NCBI GenBank assembly: GCA_030429865.1
Contig: JAUIFX010000003.1
Location: 1 to 56,335, forward strand
Direction of reading: 5' to 3'
Origin: Gammaproteobacteria bacterium
GTDB lineage: Bacteria; Pseudomonadota; Gammaproteobacteria; Ga0077536
Length of the DNA stretch: 56,335 bases
Shown: positions 46,274-56,335 of the stretch, in pieces
Layout of the letters: each line of letters starts with the position of its first letter
Position numbering within the stretch: the stretch's first letter is position 1
Translations under genes and position numbers: made by a program
Notes under the pieces: generated by a model
Database searches by the model: none
What the model was told of the DNA's origin: nothing
Seen by the model: the letters and a program-made list of their open reading frames with translations, nothing else

Positions 46274-46774
46274 ATGAGCACGAGCTTTCCCTTCACGCTC
46301 GACGGCCAGACGCACTCCCTGACCATCCGTGCGCGCCGGCCGGCGCTGGTGGTCGAAGTCGACGGGCGCTGCTACACGGTCAGCGAAGACGCGTCGGGCG
46401 TGCCCGGCGAGAGCACGCTGCTCATCGACGGCCGGCCACACCGGGTCGCGCGGACGCGCGAGAGCGACCGCGTCCACGTCAAGCTCGACCGCACGACCTG
46501 GTCGGTCGCCTACGAGGACCCGGTCACCGCCGCCCAGCACGACGCCGGCGGCGACGACGTCCTGCGCGCCGACATGCCGGGCGTGGTGGTGAGCCTCAAC
46601 GCGGCGCCCGGCGCCGCCGTCGCGAGCGGTGACGTGCTGCTCGTGATCGAGTCGATGAAGATGCAGATCAACGTCGTCGCACACCGCGACGGCACCGTCG
46701 AGAACGTCCACGTCGAAGTCAACCAGAGCTTCGACAAGGGCACCGAGCTGGTGTCATTGCACCCGAGCACCTGA
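46274..46774 (+). CDS. BT domain plus biotin carboxyl carrier protein
   Basis: ADMPGVV, biotinylation motif ESMKM. Confidence 0.9.
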   Translation: MSTSFPFTLDGQTHSLTIRARRPALVVEVDGRCYTVSEDASGVPGESTLLIDGRPHRVARTRESDRVHVKLDRTTWSVAYEDPVTAAQHDAGGDDVLRADMPGVVVSLNAAPGAAVASGDVLLVIESMKMQINVVAHRDGTVENVHVEVNQSFDKGTELVSLHPST

Positions 46775-48381
46775 TGGCCCGACTCCAATCCAGCATCCAG
46801 ACCGGTTCGGCGGATTTCCGCCGCCACTACACTCACAACCGCGCGCTCGCCGCCGAGCTGCACGAGAAGCAGCGCCAGGCGCGCTTCGAGCGCCCCGCGC
46901 GCGACGTCGAACGCCTCGCGCGCCAGGGCAAGATGATGCCGCGGGAACGCCTCGAGAAGCTGCTCGATCCGGGCACGCCGTTCCTCGAGTTCTCGACCCT
47001 CGCGGCGAACATGGCCTACGGCGGCGAAGCGCCCGGCGCGAGCTGCATCACGGGCATCGGCATGATCCAGGGCCGTGAAGTCATCCTGTGCGCGCACGAC
47101 GCGAGCATCAAGGGCGGCGCGTGGTACCCGCTGTCGGTCAAGAAGATCGTGCGCTGTCTCGATATCGCCATCGAGAACCGCTTGCCGGTCGTGCACCTGT
47201 GCGACAGCGCGGGCGGCTTCCTGCCCCTGCAGTCGGAGTTGTTTCCCGACAAGCACATGGCGGGGCGCATGTTCCGCAACCAGAGCATTCTCTCGAAGCT
47301 GGGCGTCAAGCAACTCGCCCTGGTATTCGGCCACTGCACCGCGGGCGGCGCCTACATCCCGGCCCTGTCGGACTACTCGGTCATCGTGCGCGGCACGGGC
47401 GCGGTGTTCCTGGGCGGGCCGCCGCTGGTCAAGGCCGCGACCGGCGAGGTGGTGACGGCCGACGAACTCGGCGGCTGTGACCTGCATACCCGCGTCAGCG
47501 GCACCTGCGACTATCCTGCCGCGAGCGAGGACGAGGCCATCGCCATCGGGCGCGAGATCGTCGCGCAGTGGGACCGTCCGGCGAAGTGGGACATCCAGCG
47601 CGACCCGATCGAGGCTCCCTATTACGACCCGGACGAGCTCTACGGCATCATCCCCGACGACATCAAGCGCAGCTTCGAGATGCGCGAAGTGATCGCCCGC
47701 CTCGTCGACGGCAGCCGTTTCCACGAGTACCAGCCCGCCTACGGCACCACGCTGGTCTGCGGCTACGCCAACGTGTGGGGCTACAAGGTCGGCATCCTCG
47801 CCAACAACGGGGTGCTGTTCAACGACAGCGCGCTGAAAGGCGCGCATTTCATCGAACTTTGCAACCAGAACGACACGCCGCTGGTGTTCCTGCAGAACAT
47901 CACCGGCTACATGGTCGGCCGCGATTACGAGGCAGCCGGGATCTCCAAGGACGGCGCGAAGATGATCATGGCGCAGGTCGGTTCCCACGTGCCCAAGTTC
48001 ACCGTGATGTGCCACGGCTCCTTCGGCGCCGGCAACTACGGCATGTGCGGGCGCGCCTACGACGGCCGCCTGCTGTTCTCCTGGCCCAATCACCAGATCG
48101 GTGTCATGGGTGGCGAACAGGCGGCGAAGACGCTGACCGAGGTCAAGCTCAAACAGCTCGAGCGCGCCGGTGACGCGATTGACCAGGCAACCCTCGACAA
48201 GGTCTACGACGAGACGCTGGAAGCCTACCAGCACCAGCTCTCGGCCTATTACTCGACCTCGGAAGTGTGGGACGACGGCATCCTCGACCCCGTCGATACG
48301 CGCAATGCGCTCGGCATCGGCATCAGCGCGGCGCTGAACGCGCCGCCGCTCGAGCGTGGCTACGGCGTGTTCCGCTTCTGA
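46774..48381 (+). CDS. Carboxyltransferase beta subunit (MccB/LiuB/AtuC-like)
   Basis: CTAGGAYIPA, FLGGPPLVKAATGE, FLQNITGYMVG, GAGNYGMCGRAY, GVFRF. Confidence 0.95.
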   Translation: MARLQSSIQTGSADFRRHYTHNRALAAELHEKQRQARFERPARDVERLARQGKMMPRERLEKLLDPGTPFLEFSTLAANMAYGGEAPGASCITGIGMIQGREVILCAHDASIKGGAWYPLSVKKIVRCLDIAIENRLPVVHLCDSAGGFLPLQSELFPDKHMAGRMFRNQSILSKLGVKQLALVFGHCTAGGAYIPALSDYSVIVRGTGAVFLGGPPLVKAATGEVVTADELGGCDLHTRVSGTCDYPAASEDEAIAIGREIVAQWDRPAKWDIQRDPIEAPYYDPDELYGIIPDDIKRSFEMREVIARLVDGSRFHEYQPAYGTTLVCGYANVWGYKVGILANNGVLFNDSALKGAHFIELCNQNDTPLVFLQNITGYMVGRDYEAAGISKDGAKMIMAQVGSHVPKFTVMCHGSFGAGNYGMCGRAYDGRLLFSWPNHQIGVMGGEQAAKTLTEVKLKQLERAGDAIDQATLDKVYDETLEAYQHQLSAYYSTSEVWDDGILDPVDTRNALGIGISAALNAPPLERGYGVFRF

Positions 48382-48404
48382 TACCGCGCGCCACGCGATT
48401 CGCA

Positions 48405-48430
48405 CCGCCGCCGCGACGAGGCGGCGGCGG
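48405..48430. terminator. GC hairpin between convergent genes
   Basis: CCGCCGCCGC-GACGAG-GCGGCGGCGG, 10-bp perfect stem, no U-tract. Confidence 0.45.
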
Positions 48431-48445
48431 CCGGCTGAGAAGACC

Positions 48446-50029
48446 TCAGAACCCGATCTGCAGGGCCTTGTCGACCGCCGCGATACGGCGCACGGCGTCG
48501 AGGGTGGGTTCGTCCAGCGGCTGCGAGATGCCGAGTACGGCGATCGCGAGATTGGTCCCCTCGGCAACGCCGACCTGCATGCGCGAAATGTTGATCCCGG
48601 CGCGGCCGATCAGCTCGCCGAGGGTACCGATCACGCCGGGCTGGTCGGCGTGGTGGGTGAACAACAGGGTGCCTTCGAGCGTGGTCTCGACCTCGTAGGC
48701 ATTGATACGCACCAGGCGCGGGTGACGCTCGTCGAACACGGTGCCTTCGAGACACACCGCGTGGTTGTTGCTGCGCGCGGTGATGCGCACGAGCGAGACG
48801 TAATCGCGCGAATCGGCGGAACTCACCTCGGTGACCTTGATGCCCTGGCGCTGCGCGAGGTGCAGGGCGTTGATCGGGTTGACCGGCACCGAATGGTGCT
48901 CGCACAACATGCCGACCATCGCCGCGCTCGCGATCGGGTGCGTATCGAGTTTACCGGCTTCGCCGAACACCCCGATCTCGACTTCCGACAGCGGCTCGTC
49001 GGCCATGCGGCAGAGCACGCGGCCGAGCTTGCCGGCGAGATCGAGGTACGGGGCGAGCTTCTCCTGTTTCTCGGGCGCGATGCTCGGGACGTTGACCGCG
49101 TTGACGACCTCGCCGCGGATCAGGAACGCCGCGATCTGGTGTGCAATCTCGACGCCCACCGCCGTCTGCGCTTCGTGCGTGGAAGCGCCGAGGTGCGGCG
49201 TGAACTGGATGTTGGCCTCGCCGAACAGCGGTGACTCGCCCGGCGGTTCGTTGACGAACACGTCGAGCGCGGCGCCGGCGAGATGGCCGCTCTGCACGGC
49301 TTCCAGCAACGCGTCCTCGTCGACCAGGCCGCCGCGCGCGCAGTTGATCAGGCGCGCTCCCCGCTTCATCCCGAGCAGCCGTTCGCGGTTGAGCAGGTTG
49401 CGCGTGCCTTCCGTCACCGGGCAATGCAGCGACACGTAGTCGGCCTGCGCGAGCAGCTCATCGAGTTCGCAGCGCTCGACGCCATGTTCGGCGAACGTCT
49501 TTTCGGTCACGAAGGGGTCGAAGCCGATGACGCGCATCCTGAGCCCGCGGCAGCGCTCGGCGGCGAGCCGCCCGATGGTGCCGAAACCGATGATGCCGAC
49601 GGTTTTGCCACAGACCTCGGTGCCGAGGAACGCGTTGCGCTCCCACTTGCCCTGGCGCACCGACTGGTCGGCCGCGGGCAGGTTACGGCTGAGCGAGAAC
49701 ATGTGCGCGATGGCGAGCTCGGCGGTCGTGGTGGCATTGGCATCGGGCGTGTTGAGTACGACGATACCGCGCTCGGTGGCGGCATCGAGATCGACGTTGT
49801 CGACGCCGATACCGGCGCGCCCCACGACCTTGAGTTTCTCGGCCGCGGCAAGCAGCTCGCCTTTGATCTTGGTCGCGCTGCGCACGATGATGGCGTCGGC
49901 GTCCCGCGCGTGCGGAATGGCCTCCTCGACGCTCAGGCCCGGGCTGAAGTCGATTTCGAGCTCGGGATACTCCTCGAGCGCGGCGATGCCCTCCGGGGCC
50001 AGCTTGTCGGCGACGAATACCTTGTACAT
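48446..50029 (-). CDS. serA: D-3-phosphoglycerate dehydrogenase (long form with ASB and ACT domains)
   Basis: GRAGIGVDNVD, GFGTIG, INCARGGLV, TPHLGAST, ACT DQPGVIG. Confidence 0.95.
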   Translation of the reverse strand: MYKVFVADKLAPEGIAALEEYPELEIDFSPGLSVEEAIPHARDADAIIVRSATKIKGELLAAAEKLKVVGRAGIGVDNVDLDAATERGIVVLNTPDANATTTAELAIAHMFSLSRNLPAADQSVRQGKWERNAFLGTEVCGKTVGIIGFGTIGRLAAERCRGLRMRVIGFDPFVTEKTFAEHGVERCELDELLAQADYVSLHCPVTEGTRNLLNRERLLGMKRGARLINCARGGLVDEDALLEAVQSGHLAGAALDVFVNEPPGESPLFGEANIQFTPHLGASTHEAQTAVGVEIAHQIAAFLIRGEVVNAVNVPSIAPEKQEKLAPYLDLAGKLGRVLCRMADEPLSEVEIGVFGEAGKLDTHPIASAAMVGMLCEHHSVPVNPINALHLAQRQGIKVTEVSSADSRDYVSLVRITARSNNHAVCLEGTVFDERHPRLVRINAYEVETTLEGTLLFTHHADQPGVIGTLGELIGRAGINISRMQVGVAEGTNLAIAVLGISQPLDEPTLDAVRRIAAVDKALQIGF

Positions 50030-50061
50030 GAACAGTTTCTCCTGCGTGGCCGCGCGGCGGC

Positions 50062-51234
50062 TCAGGCGCCGTGCTCGGCAGCGACGGTCGCGTAGGCCCA
50101 CTCGAGCCAGGGCAGCAGCGCGGCGAGATCGCTCGCTTCCACCGTTGCCCCGCCCCAGATACGCAACCCGGGCGGTGCGTTGCGGTAGGCGTTGATGTCG
50201 TAAGCGGCGCCCTCGGCCTCGAGCAGCGACGACAGCTTCTTGGTCAACGCGGCCTGCTCCGCGTCATCGAGGGCCAGGAACCAGTCGGCAACGATCTTGA
50301 GACAAATCGAGGTGCTCGAGCGGGTTGCCTCGGTCGCGGCCAGGAAGTCGACCCAGGGCGTCTTCGCGACCCAGGCTTCGAGCACGGCGAGGTTCTGGCG
50401 CGAGCGCATCACCAGCGCGTCGAGACCGCCGAGCGACTGCGCCCAGCTGAGCGCGTCCAGGTAATCCTCGACGCACAGCATCGACGGCGTGTTGATCGTC
50501 GCGCCCTCGAAGATGGCGGCATCGAGCTTGCCCTTCTTGGTCAGGCGGAACAGCTTCGGCAGCGGGCGCGGCGGTACGAAGCTCTCGAGGCGTTCGACGG
50601 CGCGCGGACTGAGGATGATCACGCCGTGCGCGCCTTCGCCGCCCAGCACCTTCTGCCAGGAAAACGTGGTGACGTCGAGCTTGGACCAGGGCAGCGGCAT
50701 GGCGAAGGCGGCGGAGGTCGCGTCGCAGATGGTCAGGCCGGCGCGGTCGTCGGCAATCCAGTCGGCATCCGGCAGCTTGACCCCGGAGGTCGTCCCGTTC
50801 CAGACGAACACCAGGTCGCGCGCGCAGTCCACCGCGCCGAGGTCGGGCAGCTGGCCGTAAGGGGCGACGAACTTGCGCGCGTCCTCGATGGCGAGCACGT
50901 CGAGCACGTCGCTGACCCATTCCGAGCCGAAACTCTCCCAGGCCAGCACGTCCACGCCGCGCGCGCCGAGCAGGCTCCACAGCGCCATCTCGACCGCGCC
51001 GGTGTCGGAACCGGGCACGATGCCGATGCGATAGTCGTCCGGCACGCCGAGCACCTCGCGGGTGCGCTCGATGGCGGCGGCCAGGCGCGCCTTGCCCGGC
51101 TTCGACCGGTGCGAGCGGCCGACCAGGGCCTGCGCGAGTGCGGCCGGCGACCAGCCGGGACGCTTGGGACAGGGGCCGGAGGAGAAACAGGGATTGGCGG
51201 GTTTGTACTCGGGTTTCTGCATCTTTCCACTCAT
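50062..51234 (-). CDS. serC: Phosphoserine aminotransferase (alphaproteobacterial/Methanosarcina type)
   Basis: [51 protein letters not shown]. Alternative start at 51222. Confidence 0.93.
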   Translation of the reverse strand: MSGKMQKPEYKPANPCFSSGPCPKRPGWSPAALAQALVGRSHRSKPGKARLAAAIERTREVLGVPDDYRIGIVPGSDTGAVEMALWSLLGARGVDVLAWESFGSEWVSDVLDVLAIEDARKFVAPYGQLPDLGAVDCARDLVFVWNGTTSGVKLPDADWIADDRAGLTICDATSAAFAMPLPWSKLDVTTFSWQKVLGGEGAHGVIILSPRAVERLESFVPPRPLPKLFRLTKKGKLDAAIFEGATINTPSMLCVEDYLDALSWAQSLGGLDALVMRSRQNLAVLEAWVAKTPWVDFLAATEATRSSTSICLKIVADWFLALDDAEQAALTKKLSSLLEAEGAAYDINAYRNAPPGLRIWGGATVEASDLAALLPWLEWAYATVAAEHGA

Positions 51235-51265
51235 GCAAATGCGGCACCGCAAAACAGAGGCGCGC

Positions 51266-51293
51266 ATTGTAAGACGGCGCGGTGCTATTGCAA
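51266..51293 (-). promoter_or_regulatory. sigma70 promoter of serC-serA
   Basis: Minus strand TTGCAA-N16-TACAAT followed by a GC-rich discriminator (GCGCGCC). Confidence 0.6.
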
Positions 51294-51469
51294 CGACCGG
51301 ACCGGGCGCGCGCCGCCGCGCCGGGTCTTGCCCTGCGGCCGGATCAGGCATCCGGGGACGGATGAGGATGACGGCCGGGGCCGGCGGGCTTGCGACGCCC
51401 GGCCCGGCGCCCGCCCCACGCGGCGCGGACCGCGGGATACGTCTGCCAGCGACATTCGGACCGCCCCGG

Positions 51470-54400
51470 TCAATGAAAATCCCGTGAATGCGTGACCAGG
51501 CGTCCGAGCAGGGCGGAATGGTCCTCGAGGCGGCGCGCGAGCACGTGGATCACCGCGCCTTCGCGCTGTACTTCGCCGACGACGCCGAGCAGGCGTGCAT
51601 GCAGCAGTTCGCGGCGCTGGGCCTCGACCAGGCTCGACCAGACGATCACGTTGATGGTGCCGGTCTCGTCTTCGAGCGTGACGAAGACGACGCCGGTCGC
51701 GGTCCCCGGGCGCTGGCGCATGGTAACGAGGCCGCCCGTGCGCACCGGCTCGCCGTGCCCGCGGGTGGCCAGTTCCGCGGCGGTGATCAGGCGCCGCCGG
51801 GCGAGTTGCCGGCGTAACAGGGCCAGTGGATGGCGGCCGAGCGTGAGACCGAGGCTCGCGTAATCGGCAACCACGTCCTCGCCCTCGCTCGGCCGGCGCA
51901 GCAGCGGCGTTGCCTCGGCGACGCCGGCGACGCCGGCAAAGAGCGGCGCCGGCTTCTCCACCCCGAGCGCCGCCCAGCTCGCCTGGTGACGATTGCCCGC
52001 GAGCACGGCCAGCGCCCCGGCACGCGAGAGCGCACGCAGCTGGCCGCGATCGAGCGCCGCGCGCGCGGCGAGATCGTCGACGCCGACGAACGGCGCGCGC
52101 GCACGCGCCGCGACCAGCCGTGCCGCGGCCTCGTGCGCGAAGCCCTTGACCAGGCGCAGGCCGAGCCTGAGTGCAGGCCGCCCGGCGCCCTTCGCGCCGG
52201 CTTCGAGCGTACAGTCCCAGTCGCTCGCCATGACGTCCGCACCCCGCACCTCGACGCCGTGCCGGCGCGCATCCTGCACCAGCTGCGAGGGTGCGTAGAA
52301 ACCCATCGGCTGGCTGTTCAGCAGGCCGGCGGCGAAGGCCGCCGGTTCATGGCATTTCAACCACGCGGAGACGTAGGCCAGCAGCGCGAAACTCGCCGAG
52401 TGCGATTCGGGGAAGCCGTACTCGCCGAAACCCTGGATCTGGTTGAAGATCTGCTCGGCGAAACGCGGCGTGTAACCGCGCTCGCGCATGCCGCCGACGA
52501 GCTTGTCGCGGAAGTGTTCGAGTCCGCCATTGCGCTTCCAGGCCGCCATCGAGCGGCGCAGCTGGTCGGCTTCTCCGGGCGAGAAGCCGGCCGCGACCAT
52601 GGCGAGCTTGATCACCTGTTCCTGGAACAGGGGTACACCGAGCGTGCGTTCGAGCACCCCGCGCACTGCCTCGCTCGGGTAGCTGACCGCTTCCTCGCCG
52701 TTGCGCCGGCGCAGGTAGGGATGCACCATCTCGCCCTGGATAGGCCCGGGGCGGATGATCGCGACCTGGATGACGAGATCGTAGTAGTTCGCCGGCCGCA
52801 GGCGCGGCAGCATCGCCATCTGCGCGCGCGACTCGATCTGGAACACGCCGACCGTGTCGGCGCGCTGGATCATGGCGTAGGTGGCGGGGTCGCCCGCCGG
52901 GATCGCGGCCATCGACAGCCGCCGCCCGTCGTAAGCTTCGAGCAGCTCGAAGCTGCGCCGTATCGCGCTCAGCATGCCCAGGCACAGGCAATCGACCTTG
53001 AGCAGGCCGAGCGCTTCGAGGTCGTCCTTGTCCCACTGGATGACGGTGCGCTCCGGCATCGCCGCGTTCTCGATCGGCACGAGCTCCGACAACGGCCCGT
53101 CGGAGATGACGAAACCGCCGACATGCTGCGAGAGGTGGCGCGGAAAACCGACGATCTGGGCAGTCAACGCGATCAGTCGCCGGATCACGGGGTTGTCCGC
53201 ATCGAAGCCGACCTCGCGCAGGCGCTCGGGAATCGCTTCGCCCTGGTCCCACCAGTAGAGGTTGCGCGCCAGCCGCTCGACCTGCTCGAGGCTGAGCCCG
53301 AGTGCCTTGCCGACGTCGCGCACGGCGCTGCGCAGCTTGTAGGTGATGACGGTGGCGGCGAGTGCGGCACGCTCGCGGCCGTACTTACCGTAAATGTACT
53401 GGATGACCTCCTCGCGGCGCTGGTGTTCGAAATCGACATCGATGTCGGGCGGCTCGTTACGCTCCTTGGACAGGAAGCGCTCGAACAACATGTCCATGCG
53501 CGCCGGGTCGACCTCGGTGATACCGAGGCAGTAGCACACCGCCGAATTCGCCGCCGAACCCCGTCCCTGGCACAGGATGCCGCGTTTGCGCGCGAACTGG
53601 ACGATGTCGTAGACGGTGAGGAAGAAAGCCTCGTAGGCGAGTTCGCCGATCAGGGTGAGCTCGTGCTCGACGAGCTCGCGCACCCTGGCCGGTGCACCGT
53701 CCGGCCAGCGCCGCCGCATGCCGGCCAGGGTCAGCGCGCGCAGGTGGCCTGCCGGGCTCGCCCCGGCAGGCACCAGCTCACGTGGATACTCGTAGCGCAG
53801 CTCGGCGAGCGTGAAGTGGCAGCGCGCGGCGATGCGGACGCTCTCGTCGAGCAGCTCGCGCGGGTAGATGCGGGCGAGGCGCTCGCGCGGACGCAGGCAG
53901 CGCTCGGCGTTCGGCTCGAGACGCTTACCCGCTTCCATCACCGTGGTGCCGAGGCGGATCGCGGTCAGCGTATCGAGCAGCGGCTGGCGGCGGAAATCGT
54001 GCATGCGCACTTCGCCCAACGCGGTGATCGGCAAGCCGCTGACGGTACCGAGACGGCGCACGTGGGCGAACCGTACGGCATCGTCGCCATGGTAGAACAG
54101 GCCGAGACCGATCCAGGCGCGTGCCGGGAAGCTTTGCGCGAGCCACGCCACCCGTTCGTCGTCGGCCGCGTCGTAGCCCGGCAGCCAGATCACCAGGCCG
54201 TGCGCGAGCCCGGCGAGGTCGGCGCGCGTGAGTTCGTAACGGCCCTTGGGCGCGCGGCGGCGTGCACGCGTGATCAGGGCGGCCAGCGCCTGGTAGGCGC
54301 ACAGGTCATCGGCCAGCAGCACCAGGCGCAGGCCGTCCTCGAGCACGAGCTCGGTGCCGGCGATGAGCGCGATGCCCGCCTCGCGCGCGGCGACGTGCGC

Positions 54401-54565
54401 GCGGACGAGGCCGGCGAAGCTGCATTCGTCGGTCAGGGCAAGCGCGCGGTAGCCCCGCGCGGCAGCGGTGCGGACGAGTTCCTCCGGGTGCGAGGCACCG
54501 CTCAGGAAGCTGAAATTGCTACGGCAGCAGAGCTCGGCGTAGTCGGGCAATGCGGCAGGAGGCAT
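51470..54565 (-). CDS. dnaE2: Error-prone DNA polymerase DnaE2 (ImuC)
   Basis: [31 protein letters not shown]-terminal SRDFH. Confidence 0.97.
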   Translation of the reverse strand: MPPAALPDYAELCCRSNFSFLSGASHPEELVRTAAARGYRALALTDECSFAGLVRAHVAAREAGIALIAGTELVLEDGLRLVLLADDLCAYQALAALITRARRRAPKGRYELTRADLAGLAHGLVIWLPGYDAADDERVAWLAQSFPARAWIGLGLFYHGDDAVRFAHVRRLGTVSGLPITALGEVRMHDFRRQPLLDTLTAIRLGTTVMEAGKRLEPNAERCLRPRERLARIYPRELLDESVRIAARCHFTLAELRYEYPRELVPAGASPAGHLRALTLAGMRRRWPDGAPARVRELVEHELTLIGELAYEAFFLTVYDIVQFARKRGILCQGRGSAANSAVCYCLGITEVDPARMDMLFERFLSKERNEPPDIDVDFEHQRREEVIQYIYGKYGRERAALAATVITYKLRSAVRDVGKALGLSLEQVERLARNLYWWDQGEAIPERLREVGFDADNPVIRRLIALTAQIVGFPRHLSQHVGGFVISDGPLSELVPIENAAMPERTVIQWDKDDLEALGLLKVDCLCLGMLSAIRRSFELLEAYDGRRLSMAAIPAGDPATYAMIQRADTVGVFQIESRAQMAMLPRLRPANYYDLVIQVAIIRPGPIQGEMVHPYLRRRNGEEAVSYPSEAVRGVLERTLGVPLFQEQVIKLAMVAAGFSPGEADQLRRSMAAWKRNGGLEHFRDKLVGGMRERGYTPRFAEQIFNQIQGFGEYGFPESHSASFALLAYVSAWLKCHEPAAFAAGLLNSQPMGFYAPSQLVQDARRHGVEVRGADVMASDWDCTLEAGAKGAGRPALRLGLRLVKGFAHEAAARLVAARARAPFVGVDDLAARAALDRGQLRALSRAGALAVLAGNRHQASWAALGVEKPAPLFAGVAGVAEATPLLRRPSEGEDVVADYASLGLTLGRHPLALLRRQLARRRLITAAELATRGHGEPVRTGGLVTMRQRPGTATGVVFVTLEDETGTINVIVWSSLVEAQRRELLHARLLGVVGEVQREGAVIHVLARRLEDHSALLGRLVTHSRDFH

Positions 54566-54590
54566 GGGATTGTGCGGCCAGGCATGAATA

Positions 54591-54606
54591 CTGTTTATAT
54601 ATACAG
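54591..54606. promoter_or_regulatory. LexA SOS box
   Basis: CTGTTTATATATACAG = CTGT-N8-ACAG, 25 nt upstream of the dnaE2 ATG. Confidence 0.93.
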
Positions 54607-54759
54607 TTATTCAGGAATCCCGTCACCCGACCGATAGCGGTAACGGTTCACACGTGACGACGAGGCAGGGTCCCGGCCATGTGTGACGGCGGCAGTCGAC
54701 TGGAACCTGTCGCGGCAGCCTCTCCGAGGTCCCAACCAGCATCAATCAAGGGAATATTC

Positions 54760-55266
54760 ATGATGAAAACCGGAAAGATCCTCGCTCTCACCCTGGCGCT
54801 CGGCGCCGCCGCCCCGCTCGCCCCGACCCAGGCCGCGGCCGGCATCGAGGTCGGCGTGCTGACCTGCTCGGTCGTGCCCGGCTCGCGCATGAACCTCCTC
54901 ATCCGCTCTACCGCCGACGTCAAGTGCGTCTACGCCAATGGCGGCATGACCGAGGAGTACGTCGGTGAGACCGGCATCGCGCTCGGTCTCGACCTGAGCT
55001 TCAAGCAGAACGAGAAGATGGCCTTCACCGTCATCGCCGCTTCCGAGGACGTACGCCCCGGCGCCCAGGCGCTCGGCGGCAAGTACGTCGGCGGCGAACT
55101 CTCCGCGGCGGCCGGCCTCGGTCTCGGCGCGAAGGCCCTGCTCGGCGGCGGTGCGAAGAACATCGGCCTGCAACCGCTCGCGCTCGAGTCGAGCAACGGC
55201 ATCGGTGCTTCCGGCGGCCTGTCGTTCCTCTACATCGAGCCGGTCACCAAGACCGCCGCGCAGTAA
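54760..55266 (+). CDS. DUF992-family exported protein
   Basis: Signal peptide, VGVLTC...C, GLDL, LGGKYVG, LQPLAL. Confidence 0.8.
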   Translation: MMKTGKILALTLALGAAAPLAPTQAAAGIEVGVLTCSVVPGSRMNLLIRSTADVKCVYANGGMTEEYVGETGIALGLDLSFKQNEKMAFTVIAASEDVRPGAQALGGKYVGGELSAAAGLGLGAKALLGGGAKNIGLQPLALESSNGIGASGGLSFLYIEPVTKTAAQ

Positions 55267-55279
55267 GCTCGCGGCGGCC

Positions 55280-55316
55280 ACACGCTGACGGTGGCCGCGC
55301 GTCGCCGTCAGCGTGT
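55280..55316. terminator. Long hairpin downstream of the DUF992 gene
   Basis: ACACGCTGACGG...CCGTCAGCGTGT, 12-bp perfect arms, no U-tract. Confidence 0.45.
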
Positions 55317-55483
55317 ACCGACACCCGCCGACACCCACCGACATCCGGCGCTCGGCGCGTCGCGCCACCGCCGCCGCTACGCGCCGCCTCCCCCTCTGAC
55401 ACGACCCGGGACACCCGGCACGCTACGCGCCGGCGCGCTCCGGCATACTCAAGTTCGGCCCCGCAGTCGACGCTATTGCTCTC

Positions 55484-55939
55484 ATGCGTTCCGTTTCACG
55501 CTTCTCGCCGTCCTGTGCCGCACTCCTGCTCGGCCTGCTCGTGCCGCATGCACAAGCGGAGCAGGCGCCCGGCGCGACGCTGCCGCCGCAACTGCGCCCC
55601 GCCGTCGAATTCGCACGCGCACGGGCCGCCGACGGCTACGAAATCCTGCTCGGGCCGTCGCGCCCGCGAGCGCCCGAGATCGCCGCGGCCGATTGCGCCA
55701 CGCTCTACGCGCGGCGCCTCGAACTGACCCGTGCCGGACTCGACCACCGCCCGACATTCTGGCGCGATCCGCGTCACGCCGGCGCGGTGTTCGTCGGCGC
55801 GATCTGGACGCCGGCGTTCTACTACCTGCCCTACCGCGCCGTCGCGGAACTCGCGACGAGCGGCGCTGATGCCGCGCGCCAGGCGGAGCTCGACGCACTG
55901 CGCCACAGCGCTGCCCGGCAACGCTGTTTCGAACGCTGA
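55484..55939 (+). CDS. Hypothetical exported/membrane protein
   Basis: Signal-like N-terminus, two Cys flanking a hydrophobic segment, GC3-rich codons. Confidence 0.55.
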   Translation: MRSVSRFSPSCAALLLGLLVPHAQAEQAPGATLPPQLRPAVEFARARAADGYEILLGPSRPRAPEIAAADCATLYARRLELTRAGLDHRPTFWRDPRHAGAVFVGAIWTPAFYYLPYRAVAELATSGADAARQAELDALRHSAARQRCFER

Positions 55940-56043
55940 CGGGCCGCGCCGCGCCCGCGCGGCGTCTCTGTTCAGCGGGGTCGGTGTGCTATAGTCGCGC
56001 GCCGTCGACACCCCAGTTCTGCCCGCCGGAGCACTACCCCACG

Positions 56044-56335
56044 ATGTTCGAAGCTCTCGAAGCCCTGAGTCCCGATCCCATCCTCGGCCTGATGGCTGCC
56101 TACCGCGAGGATCCGCGCGAGAACAAGATCGACCTGGGTGTCGGCGTCTACCGCGACGAGGCCGGCAACACGCCGATCATGAAGAGCGTGAGCGCGGCCG
56201 AGCAGCGCCGCTTCGAGGCCGAGACCACCAAGGCCTACATCGGCCCGCCAGGCACGCCCGAGTTCAACGTCGTCGCGCGCCAGCTGATGTTCGGTGCCGC
56301 GCACGCGGTGCTGAAGGACCAGCGCGTGGCCGGGG
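56044..56335 (+). CDS. Aspartate/aromatic amino-acid aminotransferase (AspC/TyrB), 3'-truncated by the window
   Basis: MFEAL...PDPILGL...DPRENKIDLGVGVYRDEAGNTPIM; not in the supplied ORF track because it runs off the end. Confidence 0.92.
   Translation, partial: MFEALEALSPDPILGLMAAYREDPRENKIDLGVGVYRDEAGNTPIMKSVSAAEQRRFEAETTKAYIGPPGTPEFNVVARQLMFGAAHAVLKDQRVAG

Noticed and set aside
46215-46274. Stop-codon readthrough or selenocysteine joining BC and BCCP
   Set aside because: The 56-nt gap puts the two ORFs out of frame and no SECIS-like hairpin is evident.
51235-51265. serC leader RNA
   Set aside because: The 5'UTR is very short with only a tiny TGCGG/CCGCA hairpin; cannot be supported without an Rfam search.
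42840-54637. Very long antisense ORFs (e.g. 42840..46220, 46510..48567, 51830..54637; likewise 1885..3966, 16779..18908, 33381..35441, 38075..39997)
   Set aside because: Expected shadow ORFs in high-GC DNA; they overlap motif-supported genes and carry no recognisable domains.
54702-54735. E. coli-type RpoE promoter GGAACC...GTCCCAA before the DUF992 gene
   Set aside because: Spacer is 21 nt, too long.
1-56335. tRNA, rRNA, integrase, transposase, prophage or defence genes
   Set aside because: No diagnostic motifs were seen in the ORFs or intergenic gaps by eye.

Overview
High-GC (visually about 70%) proteobacterial chromosomal segment, densely coding. The CTGT-N8-ACAG SOS box points to Gamma/Betaproteobacteria. 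In order: a 5'-truncated SulP transporter; a Pho-box-preceded OprO/P-type porin; P450 plus O-methyltransferase; mtgA; an RpoE-ChrR singlet-oxygen module with furan-fatty-acid-type genes and three TGATCC-N15-GCGTA promoters; a mixed catabolic block (VOC, phosphotransferase, Mo-oxidoreductase, hydratase, SnoaL/NTF2, F420-type reductase); an amino-alcohol kinase/phospho-lyase/SDR trio; a HD-GYP regulator and histidine kinase; MscS plus DUF481; an LLM oxidoreductase; an orphan cbbQ-cbbO pair; a GGDEF cyclase; an AtuA/acyl-CoA carboxylase cluster; serC-serA; a stand-alone LexA-boxed dnaE2; and a truncated aspC/tyrB-type gene. No rRNA, tRNA, CRISPR array or transposase was seen. The most unusual non-coding signals are two unrelated-looking palindromic MITE-like elements that share a CAAG(G/A)CGCG...GCAACGCCG core, an AT-rich 35-bp palindromic doublet, and an adjacent candidate anti-SD sRNA. 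All calls come from motif reading by eye; no database searches were run.
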